Below, piece by piece: positions 9,737-18,478 of a DNA stretch of 64,000 bases. Location: assembly GCA_044354475.1 (NCBI GenBank), contig JBIKZY010000001.1:10233-74232 (forward strand), in the 5' to 3' direction. Positions within the stretch are counted from its first letter, which is position 1. Each line of letters begins with the position of its first letter. The DNA is from Phycisphaerales bacterium (lineage in GTDB: Bacteria > Planctomycetota > Phycisphaerae > Phycisphaerales > SM1A02). The notes under the pieces were generated by a model. That model searched no databases and was not told the DNA's origin. It saw only the letters and a program-made list of their open reading frames with translations. Position numbers and translations under genes: made by a program.

Positions 9737-9776
9737 CCAAAAACAAACCAAGGCGACCCATACGGATCGCCCTGGT
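9737..9776 (-). terminator. rho-independent terminator, copy 2 of the family A 3' module
   Basis: It has the same hairpin as copy 1, followed on the minus strand by UUUGUUUUUGG. Confidence 0.75.
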
Positions 9777-9807
9777 GTCATTCAAATCTTCAGATCGTCA
9801 ATGCGCT

Positions 9808-10356
9808 TTAGGCGCGTCGACGACGGCCAGTGAGGCCTGCAAGTCCCAAGAGCGCCACGCCGCCTGGGGCTGGAACTGCGCTCACGCCGATCAGCGTGAT
9901 GGTGCCGGTCCACGTGCCGGTGGGGCCATTCGGGTTGGTGTAACCGTTACCGATCCAAATGGACTGGGTTGGATTGGCGGCCATGTCGATGCCGGTCGTG
10001 AAGTTCACGGTGCCGATCGATGTGGTGCCGGGGATGCTCGAGCCGCCGGTTGGCCAGGTGTAGCGCTGGGTTGCGTATAGGTCCGAGGAGCCGCCACACT
10101 GCAGCAGACCGTTGCTCGAGGTAGGAACTTGGTTCATGTAAACGCACAAATCACTCGCCAAGGTGCCACGAAAGGACGCATTCAATGTCACATCGATGGA
10201 CGCGCCGGTCAGGGTGCCGATGAGGGTTCCTGGGGCGTAGGCTTCGATAAAGGTAAAGCTGGAGAAGGTTTCGTTGGTCAGGGTGTAGGTGACGTCCGCT
10301 GATGCGGCTGAAACCAATGCTGCTGCGGCGATGCCGGAAGCGATCAGGGTCTTCAT
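9808..10356 (-). CDS. PEP-CTERM sorting domain protein, family A paralog 3
   Basis: An internal ATG gives MKTLIASGIAAAALVSAASAD. The C-terminus is VPAPGGVALLGLAGLTGRRRRA. The upstream 135 bp is clearly homologous to the upstream region of paralog 2. Confidence 0.88.
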   Translation of the reverse strand: MKTLIASGIAAAALVSAASADVTYTLTNETFSSFTFIEAYAPGTLIGTLTGASIDVTLNASFRGTLASDLCVYMNQVPTSSNGLLQCGGSSDLYATQRYTWPTGGSSIPGTTSIGTVNFTTGIDMAANPTQSIWIGNGYTNPNGPTGTWTGTITLIGVSAVPAPGGVALLGLAGLTGRRRRA

Positions 10357-10489
10357 AATGTGTGTCCAATCATGAGAGCTAAGGGCATGAATCGTCACAA
10401 CGAAGATCGTTGCACCCATTGAGGCGCAAAGCGAGTCCAGAGTCGATCATGCTTTTTCACATCACGCCGAATTTTTGACCACCGCCACT

Positions 10490-10529
10490 CCAAAAACAAA
10501 CCAAGGCGACCCATACGGATCGCCCTGGT
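10490..10529 (-). terminator. orphan copy (3) of the family A terminator module with no gene upstream of it
   Basis: The hairpin and T-tract are identical to the other copies. Similarity to the intact 3' UTRs continues to about 10550 and stops where a stop codon would be. A + strand ATPase gene follows instead. Confidence 0.7.
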
Positions 10530-10630
10530 GTTATTCGTATCTCCGATCGACGAGCCCTGTGCACGCCCGCGTGTTCATAAATGGTTTCAAATAGCCGAAT
10601 TAAAAAGTTGCACATAGACGGTAAAAAAGG

Positions 10631-10660
10631 TTTCAAATAGACGCACCTAAAGGTTACAAT
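10631..10660 (+). promoter_or_regulatory. candidate sigma-70-like promoter for the ATPase gene (possible leaderless transcript)
   Basis: TTTCAA, an 18-nt spacer, then TACAAT, with the ATG only 7 nt after the -10 element. It sits in an AT-rich stretch carrying two 12-bp direct repeats GGTTTCAAATAG (10583-10594 and 10629-10640). Confidence 0.3.
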
Positions 10661-10667
10661 CAGCCGG

Positions 10668-11909
10668 ATGTCAAATCATCCACCACTGCCGCGGCTTGCA
10701 GAAGGCGCCTTGACCGAAGCCCTTTCGGACACGCCGGTGGTACTCGTCCACGGCCCGCGGCAATGCGGCAAGACGACGCTTGCGAAGCAGGTTGGCGAAC
10801 GCCTTGGATTCGCGTACTTGAACCTTGATGATGATGCGGCGAGGCGCGCCGCGCAGGACGATCCCGCCGGCTTCGTGGCGCGGCTTCCAGAGCGCGTGAT
10901 CATTGACGAGGTGCAGCGGGCGCCCGAGATCTTCCTGCCGCTCAAAATGGAGGTCGACCACCGGCGCAAGCCTGGTCGCTTCCTGCTCACCGGCTCTACC
11001 AACGTGCTCCTGCTGCCAAAGATGGCTGACTCGCTCGCTGGCCGGATGGGCTCGATCCGACTCCACCCGCTCGCGCAGTGCGAACTGGAGCGGCGGGAAC
11101 CAACGCTCCTACGGACGCTCCTGCGAGGTGATTTCAAGATGCGTACTTCTCAGCGTCTTGGAGAGGAACTTGCCGCACGTGTCGCAGGCGGCGGCTTTCC
11201 TGCTGCACTCGCTCGAAAGGCACCCGCGCGGCGAAAGCAGTGGTACGCGGATTACGTTGATTCGCTGGTGCAGCGCGACGTGCGGGATCTTGCGCGGATC
11301 GGCTCCCTTCACTCGATACCGAAACTACTGAAGTTGGCCGCTTCGCAGACGGCCCGGCTGATCAACGTCAGTGAGCTTGCAGCACCGTTTCAGATAACGC
11401 GACCGACGATCCGCGACTACATCACGCTGCTCGAGCGCATCTTCATTCTGGAAGAACTGCCGCCATGGCACAGCAACCGCCTGAAGCGGCTAGTGAAGAC
11501 ACCAAAGCTCCACGTCACTGACAGCGGCTTGGCGTGCGCGCTGCTTAGTCTGTCGCCAGCGGCGCTGTGGGAGGACCGCGAGGCGCTTGGCCAGTTGCTC
11601 GAGACATTCGTCTTGGGCGAACTGCGGCGCCAGTCCTCAGCATTCGATGACGGGATCGAGTTTTCGCACTTCCGCGACAAGGATTTAGCCGAGGTGGACA
11701 TCGTGCTCGAGCACTCCGGCTCGCGCGTCAGCGGCGTCGAGGTCAAGGCATCATCCACCGTGCATCCGACCGATTTCCGAGGCATGCACCGCCTGCGCGA
11801 GGCAAGCGGAAAGCGGTTCGTCTGCGGCATCGTCCTGTACGACGGCGAAGTCACCGTGGGATTCGGCGAGGGGATGTTCGCGGTGCCGATCGCCGAACTG
11901 TGGCGTTGA
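10668..11909 (+). CDS. AAA-type ATP-binding protein (COG1373-like, DUF4143-type C-terminus)
   Basis: Walker A is GPRQCGKTTL and Walker B-like is VIIDEVQRAPEIF. The length and the C-terminal region (EVDIVLE..GVEVKAS) fit the ATPase-plus-DUF4143 architecture. Confidence 0.85.
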   Translation: MSNHPPLPRLAEGALTEALSDTPVVLVHGPRQCGKTTLAKQVGERLGFAYLNLDDDAARRAAQDDPAGFVARLPERVIIDEVQRAPEIFLPLKMEVDHRRKPGRFLLTGSTNVLLLPKMADSLAGRMGSIRLHPLAQCELERREPTLLRTLLRGDFKMRTSQRLGEELAARVAGGGFPAALARKAPARRKQWYADYVDSLVQRDVRDLARIGSLHSIPKLLKLAASQTARLINVSELAAPFQITRPTIRDYITLLERIFILEELPPWHSNRLKRLVKTPKLHVTDSGLACALLSLSPAALWEDREALGQLLETFVLGELRRQSSAFDDGIEFSHFRDKDLAEVDIVLEHSGSRVSGVEVKASSTVHPTDFRGMHRLREASGKRFVCGIVLYDGEVTVGFGEGMFAVPIAELWR

Positions 11910-11940
11910 TTCCCAAGTTGATTCCCAAGTAGGTCGGCCG

Positions 11941-11977
11941 AAAAAGAACCAAGGCGACCCATACGGATCGCCCTGGT
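11941..11977 (-). terminator. rho-independent terminator, copy 4 of the family A 3' module
   Basis: It has the same hairpin, followed on the minus strand by UUCUUUUU. Confidence 0.75.
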
Positions 11978-12008
11978 GTCATTCGTATCTTCAGATCGTC
12001 AATGCGAT

Positions 12009-12554
12009 TTAGGCGCGACGACGACGGCTGCAGAAGCCTGCGAGTCCCAAGAGCGCAACGGCGCCTGGGGCTGGAATTGCGGTCACGCCGAGCAGCGTGA
12101 TGGTGCCGGTAAAGGTACCGGAGGTGCCAGCAGCACCGTAGCCGTTACCGACCCAAATAATCTGGGTCGGGCTACGACCCATGTCGATGCTGGTCGTGAA
12201 ATTCACGGTGCCGGTCACGGGCGTACCGGGAGCGTCTGAGGCGCCGTTTGCCCAACTGTAGCGCTGACCTGCGTTGAGGTTCGAGAAGCCGCCGCACTGC
12301 AGCAGGCCGCCGAGTGCCAACGGAGCTGGTGCCACGTAAACGCACAAGTCGTCGGCATAGGTGTAATTGGTGGATGCATTCAACGTCGCGTTGACGGTCA
12401 CGCCTCTCAGGTTACCGGTGAGGGTTCCTGCAGCGAAGGCTTCGGTAAAGTTGAAGCCGGTCCAGGTTTGGTTGGTGAAGGTGAAGGTAACGTCCGCTGA
12501 TGCGGCTGAAACCAAAGCGGCTGCGGCGATGCCGGAAGCGATCAGAGTCTTCAT
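12009..12554 (-). CDS. PEP-CTERM sorting domain protein, family A paralog 4
   Basis: The signal peptide is MKTLIASGIAAAALVSAASAD and the C-terminus is IPAPGAVALLGLAGFCSRRRRA. The DLCVYV..LLQCGG core is present. Confidence 0.9.
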   Translation of the reverse strand: MKTLIASGIAAAALVSAASADVTFTFTNQTWTGFNFTEAFAAGTLTGNLRGVTVNATLNASTNYTYADDLCVYVAPAPLALGGLLQCGGFSNLNAGQRYSWANGASDAPGTPVTGTVNFTTSIDMGRSPTQIIWVGNGYGAAGTSGTFTGTITLLGVTAIPAPGAVALLGLAGFCSRRRRA

Positions 12555-12710
12555 GATATAAGTCCTAAATAAGGGAAACGAAGGGGAAACAAACGGAAGG
12601 GAATCGTCAGAGGGGGGAAACCAACTGACTGTTGAGAACTATGCCCGGCGCACGGGTAATTGCAAGCAACTTTCTGAAAAATCCCGCCACGAGGCACGGT
12701 AAAGTCCCTG

Positions 12711-14138
12711 ATGCCAATGGCTTCCCCCTCTGAAACCCCTGATATTGAGGCCCTCCTGACCCGTGGAGCCTTTGGGGAAGTCCTGCTGCGAACCAGCGCA
12801 AGCCTGCGCCGAAACCCCCGCGATTTCCGCTCGTGGTACGCCAACGCCCGGGCAGCCTTTGCTCTGGGGCGCCTGACCGTTGCCGACGAATCCGTCGAAC
12901 GCGCCATCCGCCTCAGCGGAACCTCACCGGAGATTGCCCTGCTGCGGGCCATCATCGACCACCGACTCGGCCGCAGCGACGCCGCCATCGACCGCCTCCG
13001 CACTCTCATCGCCCGCGGGTCAGCCAACACCACGGACGCCACCATGGTGCTTGCGGAAGTGCTCCACCGCGCCGGGCGCCGGCAAGAACTGCAAGCGCTG
13101 GTGAGCAGCGGCGGCGCGTGGCTCAACGACCCGCGCGCGCCGATCTTCACCGCACGAGTGACCGCACTGACGGACCCCACTGGCACCGCCGACCGACTGG
13201 AAGCCTTCGCACGCAGCGACGCGCTTGCCATGGCGCGCCGCATCGCCGGCTTCGATGCGGTCCGCATGCTTGATGCCGCGGGCGAGTACCGCCGTGCCTT
13301 TGCACTGGCGGAACACCTACACGCCACCACCGGCGAACGCTTTGATGTTGAAGGAGTGATTGTCGATGCCAACGCACAATCCACACTGCTCGCCCGCGGC
13401 AAGCCATGGTTCACGCCGCGCGCACCCGCGGTGAATGGCGTTGCGCTGGTGGTTGGCATGCCCCGTAGCGGCACCACCCTGCTTGAGCAGATGCTTGATC
13501 GCCATTCCGCGGTCACTGGCATCGGCGAGTACGACGGCATCAACACACTGGGCACTGCAGTCATCTCCGCTGGCGCATGGCCAACCGGACTGGCAATGCT
13601 GCCCACTGATGAAGCGCTGGCGATGCAGCAGGCCTATCTATCAGGCATCGCTTCCATGCGACGCGGCAATACTCAGTGGATGTTCGACAAGTCACTCAAC
13701 ACCTGGCACTGGCTGCCCGCTGTCGCCGCCGTCATGCCGGGCGCCGTGTGTTTCCACATCATGCGTGAACCGCGCGACACGGCGGTCAGCTTGTTCCTCT
13801 CGAACTTCCATCCGAAGAACGTCGGTTGGACCAGTTCGTTGGAGAGCATCCGCCGCATCATCGCCGCCGAACGGGCACTGGTGCCGCAAGCCCTGCATAC
13901 GCTCGGAATCCCGCACGAATCGATCGTCTACGAAGCGTTGGTTGCCGACCCGCGCGGCCACATGGAGCGGTGCCTGAAGCGTATGGGCTTGCCGATGGAA
14001 GATTCCGTTCTTGCGCCGGAAGCAAACGCGCGCACCGTGCTGACCCTCAGCCATGAGCAGGTGCGCAAGCCGATCAACCGATCGTCGATTGGACGCTGGA
14101 AGAATTATGAGTGGGCGTTCGGCAAAGAGTGGGACTGA
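12711..14138 (+). CDS. TPR repeat-containing sulfotransferase family protein (paralog 1)
   Basis: The N-terminus has TPR-like helices. The PAPS-binding 5'-PSB motif is VVGMPRSGTTLLEQMLDRHS. The conserved C-terminal tail is VLTLSHEQVRKPINRSSIGRWKNYE. Confidence 0.88.
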   Translation: MPMASPSETPDIEALLTRGAFGEVLLRTSASLRRNPRDFRSWYANARAAFALGRLTVADESVERAIRLSGTSPEIALLRAIIDHRLGRSDAAIDRLRTLIARGSANTTDATMVLAEVLHRAGRRQELQALVSSGGAWLNDPRAPIFTARVTALTDPTGTADRLEAFARSDALAMARRIAGFDAVRMLDAAGEYRRAFALAEHLHATTGERFDVEGVIVDANAQSTLLARGKPWFTPRAPAVNGVALVVGMPRSGTTLLEQMLDRHSAVTGIGEYDGINTLGTAVISAGAWPTGLAMLPTDEALAMQQAYLSGIASMRRGNTQWMFDKSLNTWHWLPAVAAVMPGAVCFHIMREPRDTAVSLFLSNFHPKNVGWTSSLESIRRIIAAERALVPQALHTLGIPHESIVYEALVADPRGHMERCLKRMGLPMEDSVLAPEANARTVLTLSHEQVRKPINRSSIGRWKNYEWAFGKEWD

Positions 14139-14191
14139 TCGAGCATTTCGCGCAGCGGCCGCACCGCTGTGACTAGTAGCATCCGAATTCC

Positions 14192-15655
14192 ATGCCACCT
14201 CCTGTCAATCAACGGGCAGAACTTCAGCGCTTGCTGCAACGCGGCGACTTCCTGAATGCCAAGCATCTTGCGGGCGACATGTTGCGCCGCAACCCGCGCG
14301 ACGGCGAGGCCTGGCTTGGCGTTGCACGTTGCGCGATCGGTATGAACCGCATGCGAGTTGCAGAAGAAGCGCTCGAACGCGCGGAGCGCATGATCACTGG
14401 CGACCACCGCATTGGCATGGCGTGGGCGATTGTTGATCACTACCTCGCTCGCAGCGACAAGGCCATTGATCGCCTGCGCGTGTTGATTGCGCGGAAGGCG
14501 CCGAACGCGCTGGATGCAACCATCTTCCTCGCTGACATCCTGCACCGCACCGGAAAGCGCGCGGAAATGAAGACCTTAGTTGAGCAAGGCGGCATGTGGC
14601 TCACTGATGTGCGCGGCCGAATCATGGCGGCGCGCGTGCGTGCCAAGGATGACCGCGAAGGTGCGGTTACTGAGTTTGAAGCAATCGCACGCGAGCCAGG
14701 CGAAATGTCCATGCGCCGTAACGCGGGGTTCGAAGCAGTGCAGTTGCTCGATTCTGCTGGCGAGTATCGCCGCGCGTGGGAACTTGCCACGTACATCCAC
14801 GAGAACACGGCTCCGGTCTTCAACCTCTCCGACATGCACGCGGATGTGCATGCGCAGCGACAACTGCTTGCCAATGGCAAGGCATGGTTCAACCCGCGAG
14901 TTCCGGACGTGCAAGGCATTGCATTCATTGTTGGAATGCCGCGCAGTGGCACAACGCTCCTTGAGCAAATGCTTGACCGCCATTCGTGCGTCGCTGGAAT
15001 CGGCGAGTACGAAGGGATCATGGCGCTTGGAGATTCGCTGGTTCATGCGGGCGCATGGCCGCGCGGACTTGGCACCCTGAGTCCAGAAGATGCGGTGATG
15101 TTTCAGAACAACTACATCTCCGGCGCGCGGACACCAGACGTAGCAGACAAGGCGTGGCTGGTAGACAAGTCGCTGCAGACGTGGCGCTGGCTGCCTGCTG
15201 TTGCGGCCATTCTTCCGGGTGCAAGCTGCATGCACATCACCCGTGATCCGCGTGACACGGCGGTGAGTTTGTATCTCTCTAGTTTCAACCCCAAGCACTT
15301 TGGATGGACCGGTTCGCTTGGCGGCATCCGCGAAGTCATGACCGCCGAACGCGCGCTCTCCATGGAAGCACTCTCCGTACTCAAGATTCGCCACGAAGAA
15401 ATTGTGTACGAAGACTTGATTGAAGACCCCGACGGACACGCGCAGCGGGTGACCAAGTTCTTGGGAATTGCCCAAGAATCTGACATGCTGCGCCCGGAGG
15501 ACAACACGCGCACGGTGTTGACGCTGAGCCATGAGCAAGTCCGACGCCCGATCAATCGAACCTCGATCGGCCGCTGGAAGAACTACGAATCCGCGTTTGG
15601 ACCGGAATGGGACGCGCTGGTGGCCACCCACAATTCCCGCCGGCGTTGTCCCTGA
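14192..15655 (+). CDS. TPR repeat-containing sulfotransferase family protein (paralog 2)
   Basis: It has the same architecture and motifs (IVGMPRSGTTLLEQMLDRHS; VLTLSHEQVRRPINRTSIGRWKNYE). It is a tandem duplicate of the preceding gene. Confidence 0.88.
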   Translation: MPPPVNQRAELQRLLQRGDFLNAKHLAGDMLRRNPRDGEAWLGVARCAIGMNRMRVAEEALERAERMITGDHRIGMAWAIVDHYLARSDKAIDRLRVLIARKAPNALDATIFLADILHRTGKRAEMKTLVEQGGMWLTDVRGRIMAARVRAKDDREGAVTEFEAIAREPGEMSMRRNAGFEAVQLLDSAGEYRRAWELATYIHENTAPVFNLSDMHADVHAQRQLLANGKAWFNPRVPDVQGIAFIVGMPRSGTTLLEQMLDRHSCVAGIGEYEGIMALGDSLVHAGAWPRGLGTLSPEDAVMFQNNYISGARTPDVADKAWLVDKSLQTWRWLPAVAAILPGASCMHITRDPRDTAVSLYLSSFNPKHFGWTGSLGGIREVMTAERALSMEALSVLKIRHEEIVYEDLIEDPDGHAQRVTKFLGIAQESDMLRPEDNTRTVLTLSHEQVRRPINRTSIGRWKNYESAFGPEWDALVATHNSRRRCP

Positions 15656-15683
15656 GTAGCTGCGTCGGGCAACAGTGGTTGCA

Positions 15684-18383
15684 ATGACGCGCACTTTCCA
15701 CGTATCCGCTCTCGCCGCCCTCGCTATCGCTCTGCCTGCCATTGCGCAGAGCGCCTCGTTTGTGAACTGGGAATCACCGCAGTCACACCCCATCGACCTC
15801 ACGCCGAACGGACTCGTCCTGCTCGCCGTGAATACTGCCGATGCGCGCCTGGAGGTGTACGACGTTGTGGGCGGCTCGCCGGTGAAGCGCGGCTCAGTGC
15901 CGGTTGGTCTTGACCCGGTGTCGGTGCGCGCACGCAGTGCTACGGAAGCGTGGGTCGTCAATCAGATTTCTGACTCCGTCAGCGTGGTTGACCTTGCCAC
16001 CATGCGCGTGACCAGAACCATCTTGATCGGCGACGAGCCATCAGACGTGGTCTTTGCCGGCACTCCGCAGAAAGCGTTTGTTTCACTCTCACTCGCCGAG
16101 CGACTGGCGGTGGTTGATGCTGCAAGCCCAGCGACTGTGACAACGGTAGCGATTGCCGGCAGTCAACCGCGTGCACTCACTGCGAGTGCTGATGGCAACA
16201 CCGTGTACCTGGCCATCTTTGAATCTGGTAATCACTCCACCATGTTGCCGCACGCAACGGTGAGTCTGGCAAGTGGTCCGTACGGCGGCGTGAATCCGCC
16301 TCCGAATTCTGGCACCACCTTCAGCCCCGCGAAGGCTGCATCGAACGGCACTGCGCCAAGGGTTGGTCAAATCGTTCGCAAGAACACCACCACCAACCAG
16401 TGGCTTGATGGAAACAATCGCAACTGGACCAGCTTGGTCACGTGGGACCAACATGACAACGACATTGCTGTCATCAACGCGCAGACCAACGCAGTGAGTT
16501 ACGTGAAGGGTCTCATGACGATCGTTGCCGGCATTGGCACTGCGCCCAACGGCGATGTGGTTGCCATCGGCATGGAATCACGCAACGAACTGCGCTTTGA
16601 ACAGAATGTCAATAGCGTGTTTGTGAAGTGCGTCGCTGCGCGCCTTGCTGGCGGTGCAGGCCCGGGCTCGGTGATTGATATGAATCCGCACCTCACCTAC
16701 ACCAGCCCGACCACATCGGTGCTCAATCGATTACAGTCGATTGGTGATCCGCGCGGCGTGGCGTTCAGCGCAAACGGCACGACGTGGGTTGCTGGTCTTG
16801 GCTCCAACAATGTGATTGGGTTTGACGCAAGTGGCGGGCGCACTGCCACGATCACTGTTGGCGAAGGCCCAACTGGTCTGGTGATGAATGCCGACGGTAG
16901 CCGGCTCTATGTGTTGAATCGATTTGAAGGATCGGTGTCTGCAGTCAGCACCGCCACCAATTCTGAGATTGCACGGATTGCGTTCCATGATCCAACGCCT
17001 GCCACCGTGAAGGAGGGGCGCAAGTTCCTGTTTGACACGCATCTCACCTCCGGCCTTGGGCAGTCAAGCTGCGCATCGTGCCATGTGGATGCACGGAGCG
17101 ATCGTGTGGCGTGGGACATTGGTAATACCCAAGGCACCGTGCAGCTCTTTGATGAATCGTGCCAAGTACCGGGCTGCATCAGTTGGCACCCGATGAAGGG
17201 ACCGATGACGACGCAGACGCTCTTTGGAATCATCGGCACCGAGCCGTTCCACTGGCGCGGCGAGAAGAATGATCTGGCTGAGTTCAATGAGGCGTACGTC
17301 CATCTGCAGGGGCGTGACAGTGAAATCACCGTGACTGAGATGGCCAGCATGGAGCACTATGTTGCCTCGCTCACCTTTGGACCAAACCCCAATCGCAACA
17401 TTGACAACACGCTGAAGGCTTCCATTCCGATCGTTGGTGGCGTGGTCACTGGTGCTGGCGGCACGGGTAGTCCAACTGCTGGGCAGACCATCTTTAATAC
17501 CTCGCAGATCTTTGGAGCGCCTCCCGGACTCACGTGCATCAATTGCCACGCTGGGATCACTGGCACCAATCAGAAGGTTGATATCCCGGCTCCACCGCCG
17601 GCAAATGAGCCGCAGAACCGCAAGAATTCTCCACTGCGCGACACGTACCGAAAGGTCGGCGCCAACAAGAGTTCGCTGGTCAACAACCGCGGCTTCGGGT
17701 TCGATCACGGTGGCGATGAAGCAACGCTGCAGGATGTTCTCAACATTGGCTTCCGATTCCCTGCTGGCGCCACCGGCGCTACGCAACGGCGTGACGTGGA
17801 AGCGTTCCTGTTGAGTTTCGGTACTGACACGCATGCTGGCGCTGGTCAGCAAGTCACTGCGCGCAACGCGGGCGGAAGTGGTGATGACAGTGCGCGCATT
17901 ACGCAGCTCATTACGTTGGCAACAAGCCAGAGCACACAAGTTGGCTTGATTGCCAAGGGAAATCGTGACGGTGTGGCGCGCGGCTGGCTGCTGCAAGCCG
18001 GAAGCTTTGTGAGCGACCGTACTGGCGAAACTATCACCGCCGCGGCGCTCCTTGCTGGTGCCACTAGTGGCAATGAAGTCACCTACACACTGGTGCCTCC
18101 GGGCATGGCGCGTCGATTGGGTATTGATCGCGACGGAGATGGCGCGCTCGACCGCGATGAGGTGATTGCGGCTACCGATCCGTCGGATCCGAATAGTTAC
18201 CCAGGTGCGTGCCCGGCGGACATTGCCCCAATCAACGCGCGGAACGGCGTGGTTGGTGGCGAGGACCTTGGATTGCTCCTGAGCGCATGGGGACTTTCTG
18301 GCCCTGGCGACCTTGACGGCAACGGCGTAGTGAATGGCTCGGATCTTGGGCAGCTCCTGAGCGCCTGGGGTGCATGCCAGTGA
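15684..18383 (+). CDS. beta-propeller (YVTN-like) / di-haem cytochrome c peroxidase-like protein with C-terminal dockerin-like anchor
   Basis: ATG at 15684 gives the signal peptide MTRTFHVSALAALAIALPAIAQSA. There are two CxxCH haem-c motifs (SCASCHVDARSD; LTCINCHAG) in a CCP/MauG-like context. The tail is DLDGNGVVNGSDLGQLLSAWGACQ. Confidence 0.8.
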   Translation: MTRTFHVSALAALAIALPAIAQSASFVNWESPQSHPIDLTPNGLVLLAVNTADARLEVYDVVGGSPVKRGSVPVGLDPVSVRARSATEAWVVNQISDSVSVVDLATMRVTRTILIGDEPSDVVFAGTPQKAFVSLSLAERLAVVDAASPATVTTVAIAGSQPRALTASADGNTVYLAIFESGNHSTMLPHATVSLASGPYGGVNPPPNSGTTFSPAKAASNGTAPRVGQIVRKNTTTNQWLDGNNRNWTSLVTWDQHDNDIAVINAQTNAVSYVKGLMTIVAGIGTAPNGDVVAIGMESRNELRFEQNVNSVFVKCVAARLAGGAGPGSVIDMNPHLTYTSPTTSVLNRLQSIGDPRGVAFSANGTTWVAGLGSNNVIGFDASGGRTATITVGEGPTGLVMNADGSRLYVLNRFEGSVSAVSTATNSEIARIAFHDPTPATVKEGRKFLFDTHLTSGLGQSSCASCHVDARSDRVAWDIGNTQGTVQLFDESCQVPGCISWHPMKGPMTTQTLFGIIGTEPFHWRGEKNDLAEFNEAYVHLQGRDSEITVTEMASMEHYVASLTFGPNPNRNIDNTLKASIPIVGGVVTGAGGTGSPTAGQTIFNTSQIFGAPPGLTCINCHAGITGTNQKVDIPAPPPANEPQNRKNSPLRDTYRKVGANKSSLVNNRGFGFDHGGDEATLQDVLNIGFRFPAGATGATQRRDVEAFLLSFGTDTHAGAGQQVTARNAGGSGDDSARITQLITLATSQSTQVGLIAKGNRDGVARGWLLQAGSFVSDRTGETITAAALLAGATSGNEVTYTLVPPGMARRLGIDRDGDGALDRDEVIAATDPSDPNSYPGACPADIAPINARNGVVGGEDLGLLLSAWGLSGPGDLDGNGVVNGSDLGQLLSAWGACQ

Positions 18384-18441
18384 TGTGACGGACGCGTTCG
18401 GCAGGAACGCACAGTCGGCGAATTCTTGACCCCCACGCTCA

Positions 18442-18478
18442 CGCGCTCGGCCTGTCTGGCGAGCGCGCGAGTTTTTTT
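18442..18478 (+). terminator. rho-independent terminator
   Basis: cgcgctcg-N10-cgagcgcg is followed by a run of 7 T. The T run overlaps the stop codon of the convergent gene. Confidence 0.7.

Noticed and set aside
9640-10480. Sigma-54 type -24/-12 promoter (GG-N10-GC, ..TTGCG) upstream of family A paralogs 2 and 3
   Set aside because: The GG-to-GC spacing is 10 in one copy (GGGACCCGCTTTGC) but only 9 in the homologous copy (TGGACTCGCTTTGC). The rest of the consensus is weak. The conservation is explained by the duplication itself.
8467-12554. Diversity-generating retroelement or other programmed hypervariation acting on the family A paralogs
   Set aside because: There is no reverse transcriptase or template repeat in the window. 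The differences are spread as in ordinary paralog divergence.
12551-15961. Long antisense ORFs (12551-13606, 351 aa; 14576-15961, 461 aa) opposite the two sulfotransferase genes
   Set aside because: They are Arg/Ala/Ser/Pro-rich low-complexity translations typical of the shadow strand in GC-rich DNA. The + strand ORFs carry clear sulfotransferase motifs.
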